Shown: piece after piece, positions 30,801-42,800 of the stretch
Numbering within the stretch: the stretch's first letter is position 1
How the letters are laid out: each line of letters opens with the position of its first letter
Assembly: GCA_037379345.1 (NCBI GenBank)
Contig: CM074513.1
Location: forward strand, 25,730,001-25,794,000
Direction of reading: 5' to 3'
Length of the DNA stretch: 64,000 nucleotides
DNA from: Perna viridis
Taxonomy: Eukaryota
Program-made: the position numbers and the translations under genes
The notes under the pieces: generated by a model
Database searches by the model: none
What the model was told of the DNA's origin: nothing
The model's input: only the letters and a program-made list of their open reading frames with translations

Positions 30801-33800
30801 AGTTTTATCTCTGCCATCTCTCCTCCTTCTACTAGTTCAAGTTCTTCAGTTACAACCTATCAAAGAGAAATATGAGAATATCAAGTATTCTTAAGATCAT
30901 AGAAGCATTTTAATTTCCTATGAAATCCGTTTCGGATCTTCTACAAATATATCCTTATTTTTATAGCCTATAGAGTGTACCTTGTTTATATTTATTCATT
31001 TGTACAAAATTTGTATAATCAAATATGTGCCAAACCATCTAAAAGTATAACTTAAACTGTTAAAAATTTCACCATTTATTAGTTTTCACCATTTTGTGAT
31101 GAAATGAATATGAAATTTAATATCAGTGAAATTGATTTTATTTTGCAATAAAACCCAATTTATTTTTCAAATTTATGAAAATTTATACCCACAAATATGT
31201 TCATGTGAAGGAATCCACAAAAATAATGTTTACAGTATTTTGGTGAAGATAATTATTCAAAAGTGAAAAAAATTGAAACTCTGTCTTACCTTAACTAAAG
31301 CCTGGATACTGTTGCTAGGGTTCAAAGGGCTGGTAGTGTTACCACAGTCATCACTGTAACACACATAAAGGCCACACTGAACCTGTAAGTAAAAAGGAAG
31401 TCCATTTCTATATCATTTAATGTCAATGACATGCAAGGGCATATAAGTATGAGTCTTAAAATGAACAACATTTCAATGAATAAATGAACAAATATGATTA
31501 ATGAGACCTGGTAGGCAAAGAAAAGTAATAAAGTATCCTATAAAAAATTACTAGAATGCAAATCACAATCAATTAAGGATGCTATGTTTAAGAATAACAA
31601 TGATTTCAAAGAGTTGCAAAATATTTTAAGATCTTTCATGCTAAACTGATGGGACAGTTTTCTTGTTTTGAGATAAAAGCATTTCAAATTTTTAAGAAAA
31701 TTCTCTTGATTTTCTTTCAATTTTGTTTTAGTAGGTTTCATATCTATTAAAAATACCAAAGAAATAATAAGGATTTCATAATAACTTCTCAAAACACATT
31801 GTAAGGTGTGTTTATCAAAATTATGACGAGAAGTGGGGGTCACTAGGCAAAAAAAAAAAACCTAACCAGAGGAGTCGGAAAATCATACAAAAATAAATGA
31901 ATATGAGCAGCAAAACGTCCTTAACCCACTTTTCATCCAATGTTTTCACATGCATTTCATCCTTAACCCACTTTTCATCCAATGTTTTCACATGCATTTC
32001 AACAGATGATAATAATCAAATTATTTATTTTCTCAAATCCAGCCTAAGGAAATAAAATACAGCAAAATGATGTTCTTAGTACCTTTGAACCATATGTGAA
32101 GTTCTTAAGCATCTCGTGATTGATTTTTCTCATTCCTTTCAAATCCATGACATCCATCCATTCACCACCAGATTCCATGGTTCTCCATACAATGGAGTAT
32201 TCTGTATCATTGTCAGTAGGTTTGTCATAGTCACATGTGAGTATCATTTGTTCTGATGTTTTATTATATTGCATCTTTAGGTCTGGTAGTTGTTCCAAGA
32301 TAGGATAGACTACAAATGGATGTCAATGTGTGATGAAAAACACAACACTACAACCACAAACACATACATAATGCAAAAGGTTTTCTTTTTTTTTCATGTA
32401 AGCAATTAAGTAGCACTCCACCTAAGAATCAAGCAAAATGTAATTTATGGTTGGAAAGCTTACATTTTGATATTTTTATAAAAATGTTATAGTAAACAGA
32501 AATTAACATGTGACTTTTCATATAACCCTTGTTCTTAGGAGATAAAAAATAGAATGTACCGTAAATTTCAAAATTAAGGGAGATAACTCTGTAAATGACA
32601 CTTAAGTACAATAGAAACTTGGATTTCCAATGTGGATTATCTCCTACCAGCAGACAGATTGGAATTAATAATTAAACATTTCATCATATAGACCTACAAA
32701 GCAACTTGATATCAAAAATAAAACTGTGTAGCCTTTTTGGGGGTATCACATTTTACAGAATTTGCATGGTTCTTACAACGACTACAGTGGATTCCGCTTA
32801 ATTGCATAGCCTATTTGCCAGTAAAAATTATGCAAATAACCGGGCTATTCTTATAACCGAAATTACGATTTTACCGGAAGTGTGAGTTCAGGTAAGACGA
32901 TGATACTGTGGATCAACCAGGGATATCACTGTTCAACATTTCTGATCTGGTATTTAATTGTTATAGACCTTCTCATTGTATTGTTCTTTTATCAATAAAT
33001 AATAATATATATTGTGTTTGTCTTGTTTATTGACCTTCTTTACGTTGTGTGTATTTATAAGTAAAACCACGTGTTTCTCATCTATAAATAGTCAATTAAT
33101 TTCCTGACCTTTCTACGAAAGCAAATCCCATATTTCATATTTCAGCCAGGATTCAGTGTAATATTCATCAATGTTTGCAGTTTGTGGGCTTTTGAAATGG
33201 TCTGTGTGTTTTTATTCCTCTGTTCATTGTACACTGATAGTTGTGTATTATACGCGTCATTGACCTCGATATATTCCTATGAAGTGTGGATAGTATGGGG
33301 CACCTTAGGGTAGTTGAATTTCATTAGACATTGTACTGAATGAATGACTTTTCGTATAATATTTATTCCTAGTAACCCAAGCTCACTCAAAACTGTTCAG
33401 CTCATTAAAGAAAATTAAATTTACATTGATAATCATTTGTAGTCGGAAGAATTTAAATAGGGAGAAAAAATACCCCAAGCCGAACCTCAAGCCGCATCAT
33501 AAGGTGATGTTCGGCATGTCGTCAGAAGTCATTGTTCACCTAGGTGCTTGTTTATTTTAATGTAATTAGAAATCATTTATATTGTCTTTTATGTCCATGA
33601 TTTTTTTAATCCATTATTAACACCTCCTGATTGATGATAATCTAGTTTTTACAACAATAAAACAATAAATATGATTGACATATTTATGACCCGAAGGCTT
33701 AAAATAGAATTTGGGAAAACCTGTCTTTACCTGGACGAGGCAAAATTCTCTATGCAATAAACCGAAATGCACCTCCAAGGCCTATGCAAATAAGCCATTT

Positions 33801-36800
33801 TTTCCCTAATAGAATAATAGGAAATGGTTTTGTGCAGGAGAAAATTATGCTAATAACCGAAATATGCAATAAAGCGATATGCGATTAAGTGGAGTCGACT
33901 GTACTACTAAAAAATGCCAGGAATGTCAAATTATATTTTAACTATACATCAGACCTTTTTCTGCTACAAAATGACAATCCATATATTAGTCATATCATAT
34001 GAAAATGATTTATATGAATCCAGAATGTTTTTACTTTTATCATAGGTACTACTGATATTCACAATCTGTTTAGATAAATTTGCAACCAAAATTTGTGAAA
34101 CTACAGAGAACCTGTAAAGGTTTACACATCTGGACATGTGATGTTCATATCGCCATAATTCAATTTTGGAACAACAACAAAAATACATGTATTAATTTAT
34201 AAGACTTAATCTGAATGATTATATAAACTCAACAATAGCTGCATTTTCACATGATGACTTACCCTTTGTTAGGCTCCATCTATAGGACTACAAATATAAG
34301 TTTTAGATATAAGTTTTATTTTGTGGGTTCCACATGACTTACCCTTTGTTAGACTCCATCTATAGGACTACAAATATAAGTTTTAGATATAAGTTTTATT
34401 TTGTGGGTTCCACATGACTTACCCTTTGTTAGACTCCATCTATAGGACTACAAATATAAGTTTTAGATATAAGTTTTATTTTGTGGGTTCCACATGACTT
34501 ACCCTTTGTTAGGCTCCACATATTGGACTACAGATTTAAGTTCTGTTTTGTGGGTTCCTCATGACTTACCCTTGTTAATTCCATTCATTGTAGGATTCTA
34601 TAGGACTACAGATATAAATTCTGTTTTGTGGGTTCCTCATGACTTACCCTTTGTGAGACTCCACTCACTGTAGGATTCTATAGGACTACAGATATAAGTT
34701 TTGTTTTGTGGGTTCCTCGTGACTATAGCTGAAATATTGCTGCTCGGACATTAAACCCCAACAAACAAACAATCCTTATGACTTACCCTTTGTAAGACTC
34801 CATTCACTGTAAGATTCTATAGGACTACAGATATAAGTTCTGTTTTGTGGGTTCCTCTCAAGGGCTTCATAACATTTCCAGTCAATAAAACAAGTCTTCT
34901 CCTAAATAATAGAAGACAATATATCATATGATGTTCTACTTTTCTGCATCAACTTTGTATAAAAATTTTAACAACTTATATTTTAATTTACATAAAATGT
35001 ATCATAAGATCATTCAGAAGGCGGCATAACAATTATTTAAAGCTTAAGTTTTCCCAAAAGTCATGTTTATTTCATTATTATGGAATCAATTACAAATCAC
35101 ATTTAAAAATATAACATAGCATACATTTTTTGTTTCTCTTTATATAAATCTACCTACCTTAAAGTCACATTTCCCAGGTATTTTACAGGTGTGACATTCA
35201 TCATCAAAAACTGTAAAGATTTTCTCCTCTGTATACAGATCACCACCATTTGTCACTCGTACAATGTAACTTCCTGTTTTGGGAGTTGGACAGATCACTT
35301 CATTGTAAGTCATAAAAACTGCTTTTACAATTGTTTTGTTCTCACTGACTACCATGTATTCTTCATCAGACAGCTAAAAATAGATGTAATACAAAACATT
35401 CACTAAGACATAGCATGAAATGAAATAAAGACAGACAGACAGACAGTAACAGCTGCTGATTTCAATCTAATATGTAGCCGTGTGAGAAGAAGTTCTGCTT
35501 GCCAAGATATACCAATCAAATACATGTACCAACATAATATATCCAGAATATATTGTAAGTTTTTTTTTTGAGGGACCAAGCAAAAGCCGAGTAATTATGG
35601 AATTTTAAACTTGACAAAAATTACCAAGCAAAAAAGTATTCATTTCACTTCAAATTTGTTATATGGTTATTTGACTACTAGCCCATTCACCTCGATTCTT
35701 TGAAGTTCACATTCTAGGTCATCAGATTTATAGAAGTATTCTCCATACACAACAATCTCATCACAAGATTCCTCAGATATGTCACAGAACCCATCTTTCT
35801 TTAATCTCCATACTTTAGGTGGTTCAGTAATATTGACAGAACAATCTGCACCACCAAAGCCTTGGTCACACACACAATGTCCTGAAAGAAAATACAACAC
35901 AATCTTGGTGGCACATAGAAAAGTTAATTTGTGTTTACAATAAGGTTTAAATTGGTACACAGTTGAAGTTTATTTTCAATTAAGAAAAGTTATACAATTA
36001 GAAAATGTTAACTGTACTGAAACTCATTTTTCATTCCTTCAACAATAAAATCAGGTCTGAGTACCACAATCTACACATTTTTTACCCTGACAATATCATA
36101 AGTTAACATTAACATACCTGGTACTGGGAATTTCCATACTGCAGCTGAATCTCCACTTGACAAGCCTATGTCTGTCACCTTAGTGGACTCTGGGTCTTTC
36201 CACATAGCAATACCCTGAGTATTACCAAGAGTTCCCTCCCCTATTTCAACCACTCCGCCATCCCAACGTAACCAGAATGACTGATACTGATCACAGCCAG
36301 TAGTATTAGCCACAGTCATGGTGAATTTCTCCACACCATCCTGAGATATGGTATACATGGTGTCATTCTCTCCACCAATGGTGATCATTGTAATGTTGTC
36401 TCCCTTCAGAATGATGGAAACGTCTTTACAAGTTTTTGTCATAAATGTGATAAATTGGTTCCTTACTGCCATCTCCACATCTTGAAGCATGGTGTAAGAT
36501 GGTTGTTTAGCTGCTGTTTGAAGCATTTTCTCTGTTAAAAAAATAACCATGAATATAGTAATGTAATCTAAAACTTATCAAAAAGAATGTTTCTAATTAG
36601 CCAACCCCTATCTTGCTTTCTGTGAAAATGACAGATAAAATTAGACCAGAATATCATTATTTGTTTACTGGATGCTTTTTTCAGAGGAAGGATTACATTT
36701 TTTAATTTTTCATTCTCATTATAATTTTTAAATACTTTGATTTCATCAATCATTTTGCACAACAGAATCATCCATGCCAGTTTCATTAAAAGTGAAGAAA

Positions 36801-39800
36801 CATCATTAATTCAGGACTGCACATAGTTGGCTTGTTATGCAAGCTATTTGATATGAATGATCCTGATACTTCAAAGTATTAAAGGAAAAGAAAAGTATCA
36901 GTGATCAACTGAATAAAAGTCTTAATTTGTAAAATTGATTGTAAGTTATGACGTCCTAGTCAATAATATCATTGTGACTTCATTAATTATGATTAATTTT
37001 ACATTTCTGACCTCTTGTAAAATTAACAACTGACTTATTCAGAATGCTGTTTAGACAAGTCTCATTTCTTATACATCCCAGATGAATCAAGTTTTCTTAC
37101 ATACCATATTGGCACATGCCATGCTCTCCACATTGATTATAACAGAACTGCTGAGCTTTGCTATAGTCGGACCATAGTGCTACAGTCCTCTGGATCTGTA
37201 TGGCACATTTCTGCTTCAGTGTCGTAAGAGAAAGTTTGGCAGCGTCTAAATCATCCAGTATCTGGAAAATATAAGTCAAAACTTATATTAAAACATATAT
37301 ACCTACTTAGGATATGAATACAGGTTCAACTAGCTTGTAAAGAGCCAAAAGAGAATTAACATACAAATTACTTCTTTGCTCATATCTATCCTGTCATGCT
37401 TGTACATATTTTTTTGTAGATACTCAAGTTTTGACATGTGGATTCTCCTCCAGTAATGAAAGGTTCAAATTATTTCTCCACTTGAGATGATAAACTTAAA
37501 TATTTCAACATGTAAATTTTAGAAAGCTTACTTAAATCTTAGTGTAACCATAGAGAGGGGGACTTAGTTTAAATCAAGAATAGGATTACAGAGAATCAGT
37601 TTTCTTCATGAAATCCGTAGAAAACTGGGAAAATCTAAAATGGTGGGAAACCTCTCCAGAAAATTTATTCACAGCTCTGTGGTTAAAAAGTCATGTGAAT
37701 TTTTAATCACGAATTCAGAATAAGAGAACATATAATAACCATTTATATATGATTCAATCACGGGTAATTAACAATAACAATTAACTACAAATCACATACT
37801 AGTAGCATTAAAGAAGACACAACACATATGAATATTTTAGATGGCCTGAGATCTTCATTTTTATAGACACATTATTTAAACTTTCAAGTAAAACTATGTT
37901 TATTTTCAGAAATTGTAATTTGAAAAATGAGTAAGATTTCAAAACAGTTGATAATGACCTGAATGTTTTCTATACATCTCTGTGTAATCTGAGCCAGCTG
38001 TACATTAGGTATATCTTTACACATTTGCCCCTCTGTACCATTAGTTATAACTGCTTCACAGGCCTTACTGGCATCCTCTTGTGTGATATTAGATGGAGTT
38101 GGAAAATCAGTTCCCTGTCAAAATGTCATAGATCATTAGTAAAATTAGTAAATGAGCTGTGATACTTCCTTCTAATGTTTTTTATTCACAATAATTAAAT
38201 GTACATTTTCAAAAGCCACTTTGGAAAAACTTTTAAAATTTTAATCATGTTAAGTCCTGGAACTTTAAACAGAAACAAAATAGTTTGGTTTGAAGGAAGG
38301 TTTATAAGACAGAATTGCATGAATCTTTGCAGTATTATTTGGAGGTATTGTAAGTTTATTGAATCTATGCAAAAGTAACAAAATGACTTTACCTCAGCTT
38401 TAAAATCAGCATCAAACTCAAACTGGTACATTTCATCACCACAATACATGGGCTTGGATGATCTTTTCTCTAAATCATCATTTATTTCATCTGTAAAAGA
38501 TACATCTGTTCATATCCTTAAGAAATCTATGCTACACAACTGTAAGAAATTCATTTTGTGAAAATATTTAAGCAATTAATTTTATAATTTTAATATATAA
38601 CTTCAAACATTTTCAATGTCTATGCATTATTTTCTTAAAACTGGCCCCTCAATATAGAATTGCAAAATAAATGCACAGTAAGGGGTGACTTCTCCTAGTG
38701 TATAAAAGAACGACTTTATGACCTTGACTATCCACTGAAATGTTCAACCTTGAAAATTATTGGTTCTACATTTTCATAAGGACATAAAAGTACCAAGTTT
38801 TGTTAAAATCTGTTGAAGATTGGTGATTCAAGTTTTGTAAAAATCAGTTAAAATTTTGTTAAAATCAATACAAGGTTGTTTAAAAGGATATTACAGACAG
38901 ACCGACTTAAGAAAGAGGATACAAAGGTGATTTGTACTCAAATTACTTTATCCATATCATATTACGTGTGACTGAAAGGGGACCTTGTTCTATAACCTAC
39001 CAAACTGTTGTCCAATAAGGGAGCACTGTCCTCTGATTTGGTCACTATCACACTCCCCATCCTGTTTACCTGGACAAGTACAATAAACCATGGACTCCAT
39101 GTCAGCCATATTAGTACATAGACCTGTCAGTAAACTCTGGTTCCTTGGAACTCTGCAAGTAAACAAAACCATAATTATATAGAATTAATCATATCTTCAT
39201 TAACTGATATTTATCCTTCGAAAGATGATTCCAAAATACCACCCACTTGTTAATTGAGGTTATGATTAAGAACTTTATCTTTTTTAATAAGGCAACACAA
39301 ATAAGAGATATCCTTAAAAAGATTGGGATGGGGTTTTGAGCCAAACAAGTTATTTAAGCTAAGATTGGAATTATATAAAGTTAAACAAATTACCTCCAAG
39401 AGTTGGAGAACTTTTCTTTCAGTAGCCCAGGTACTTCATACAGCTGTCCGTCAGCCATCATAAGGTCATTACTCCTCATGCCATCAAACATTCCACATAG
39501 TCCTTTAGTACTAGAAAGGTCATTAACTGACCCTTGAACCCACACATTTAGATATGGCATGGATGTCGTCATAGCAACCATAGCAGTTACCATGGTTCCA
39601 GATGGTAATGTTACCTAGTGTATCAAAGGAAAATATTTAGATAAAAGAAAAAAAATCATAAAGGTCCTGTTCTATTTCAAATTCAGTATGACAATAGGAA
39701 CAATAAGCAATATATTCTATGTTCTCACTACAACAGGTGGAGCTGAGGAACAGCTGGTAACTGGGCAATATAGCTTGTCTACTTCTCTTCGAAACATTAC

Positions 39801-42800
39801 GATTAAGTATAAACCAGTATTCTAAAAGAAATTAAAAAAAAACAATATTGCAACAAATTTTATAACACTATTGTCATAATACTGGTATACATGTACCAGT
39901 ATTGTGATCACTTAATACAGGAAATCTCAATATTGTACATATATGAAAATGTATATAAACTAGTCTAAGGTAGAAAAAAACTCACCTTGAATACTTTCCC
40001 ATCTACTGCCCTGTAGATATCTGTTCCATCAGCCATATCTTTATTTTTGTACATCTTGACCATAAGGGGCCATGGTTTTGTTGGATTGGCCTTAGGGCCA
40101 CATAAATCAATGACAACAACAGTACCAGCTGATCGAATGGCTACAGTGCACACTCTGGATGCTTTATCCATGTACCTTCTGTAGAATGCTTGAACCTATA
40201 AGCATAATAAAATTCATATATGTATTCAGCTCCCCATTAATAGCTCCATTATCAACTAGTTCTTTATAAAAAAAATCTCAGCTTGTATGTTTTAAAAACA
40301 GAAAATGTGTATACCACCTCAATACCCAGTATTCCAGAGTTAAAATATTTTGAGTACTGACCACATTAAACTTTTTTATTATAGTTACAAATCAAACCTT
40401 TGCAACTGAATCACTGCAGAAAAAAATATATACTTAAATGCAGCCTTAAATAATGTTATTACCTCATAAGGTTTAGTTACATGCTTGTATAAAATAAAAT
40501 TTCCTTCCAGGAAATTATTCAGTTGGCTGAAAGAAGAAAACATTTATAAATAGATATGGATATTTGATACCATAAAATTAACAAATGTGTTGTGGTTTTT
40601 GTGTAATTGTTAATATCATATAAACTTAGTTGCAAATCCTTAAATATCTTCTATATTTAGAATATCTCATTGTTGGGTTTATAAAATGAAAACTACAAAC
40701 ATTATGAATCAATGCATTTGATAAATGCAAAATCCTTACAATCCCAGCAAATGTACAGGTATTTTCTATCATAGCATCTCCCTTTGTAACATAAAATAAA
40801 AAGTTTTACCTTCCATCAAATGTAGAAACATGTCCGAGATTAACAGATTCACAGAAGGAAACGTGGTCTTGGTCTTCAACATAGGCCTGAAAGTATACAT
40901 TAAAATTTCTAGAATGAATAATTAGAATTTTTGGTTCCATTCCTTAATTTCAAATTGAATGACTGTCTATGGTAAACTCAGGCAAGAGCAGTGGACTGAT
41001 TAAACAATAACATGCATGGGCCACAGAATGAAACAAATACCTCTGCCTTCAAGTTCAGATATATTATTCTTTTCTTTTATAACACAAGAAATAATCTTCA
41101 AAATAATCCTCTAATCAATTCATAATCTCTTGGGCATAGGGATTAAAAATGCTATATTTACCTCAACTGTGAAGAAGTGATGTTCTGGAGCTGAGACTGA
41201 ACCAGATGTAATAATTCCAGAGACCTCAACTTCTCTTGTCTGATCACCATCCATCAATCCATCAACTTTAGCAGACACTGAAAATTCAAATTCTTTGTCC
41301 CAATTCTCATTAGTTATCTCAATGTCACATGACTTTCCTCCATCTTTAGCCATTGGTCCAACAACAAGCTGAGAAGCTTTACCACTGACACAGTAATCTC
41401 CATAACGTTCAATGACAGTCTTAGTTTTCAGCTTGATTTGACAATTATCTTTGGTGTCATCAAGGCCACAGAAGAAACTAGGTGGTGACATTGCTCTGAA
41501 TTTGATAGTCTCACTGTCTCCTCCTTCAGTGATATTAATTTGTTGCCCTGAGATTAACTGTAAAAAATAATGTAGCTCGGAAATCATTTTGAAATATTTC
41601 TGTTCATTTCCAACAATTTCTATTCCAGTAATGTTTATTTACTGAACATAAGCACAGTAAGTCTAGTATCCACTTGATTATCAAAGAAACATGTATCGTC
41701 ATAAACAATAATAGCTAAATATTGAAATTGATTGGATATTGTAAGAGATACTCAGTTTATAGTGGCATTCACTAATTCCTAGTTCAAGTATTTTAAATCA
41801 TTAGAACTTTACACATGATGCTCTACATATTTCTAATATGACTTTCAACTGACCTTGATATTAGCCTCTATCTCATTACTCTGTCTGAATGGTCCTGTAG
41901 TCTGATTACATATGTCCTGGAGACATGTTACAACACCACAATGGATCTGAAATAAAATATCAGCAAGTATTCATTGAAAATTCCTTTTTCTGACTTAAAC
42001 AGCAACTCAAAGAAACTTAAATTAAGAAATTTTTATGACAAAGGTTTTTTTTAAAACAAATTTTCGTTCTGCCTTACATAAACCTCTCTACCCACCTTAG
42101 TTCCAAACTTCAGATCAGCCACATGTTTCCTGTCCAGTAGCACTTTGATTTCTTTTGTTGTATCATTGAGGACTTTGGTGTCAATTACAACTGAGTCCTT
42201 TACCCAATAGACATGGTACTCTAAGGTGTCATTCGAGTCCTGTACCGTTGAGAATTCACATGACAGTGTCAAGTTACCGTCCATTGTTTTGTCTGTGACC
42301 TCTACCTCTGGGTTGCTAGGAACCAATGGGAAATCTCCTTCTATAAAACAATTAGCGAAAACATAGAATTATCTGATTTATTGAATTTTTAACCATCATC
42401 TTAACCAATCAAAAAGACTGCATAAAACATATTATAAAACTTGATCTTTTACTTTCTCAAATCATTATAGACAAACATATATACTACAAACCTTTGTCAC
42501 AAGTCCAATCCTCATACACATATCCAGGATATCGGACAAATTGTCCCATGTAATCAGCAGCTACAGACTTAGACAAATAACAGATTCCTAGAGCTGGGAT
42601 GATCTCAAATGATCGGCAGATAAAGTCTGTCTCCTGTAAACACAGTCTACGACATTCTGTCTGGTAGTTCACATTTGAAATCTCTTTGTCATTATGCTCC
42701 AGTAAGGAGTATCCAGAATGTCTGGTCCAAGTAATACCTCTCTTTCCACATGGGTCTGGAAATTGGAAAAATTAGAATAATGTGAGTCAGGAACAAGTTA

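Noticed and set aside
34254-34858. Regularly spaced repeats resembling a CRISPR array (also 43956-44184)
   Set aside because: Units are head-to-tail with no unique spacers, the first array derives from the neighbouring exon, the context is eukaryotic, and no cas genes are present.
36071-36550. Stand-alone farnesoic acid O-methyltransferase enzyme gene
   Set aside because: Bounded by splice sites in phase with the host gene, with no SAM-binding motif visible; better read as a domain exon. Enzymatic activity is not claimed.
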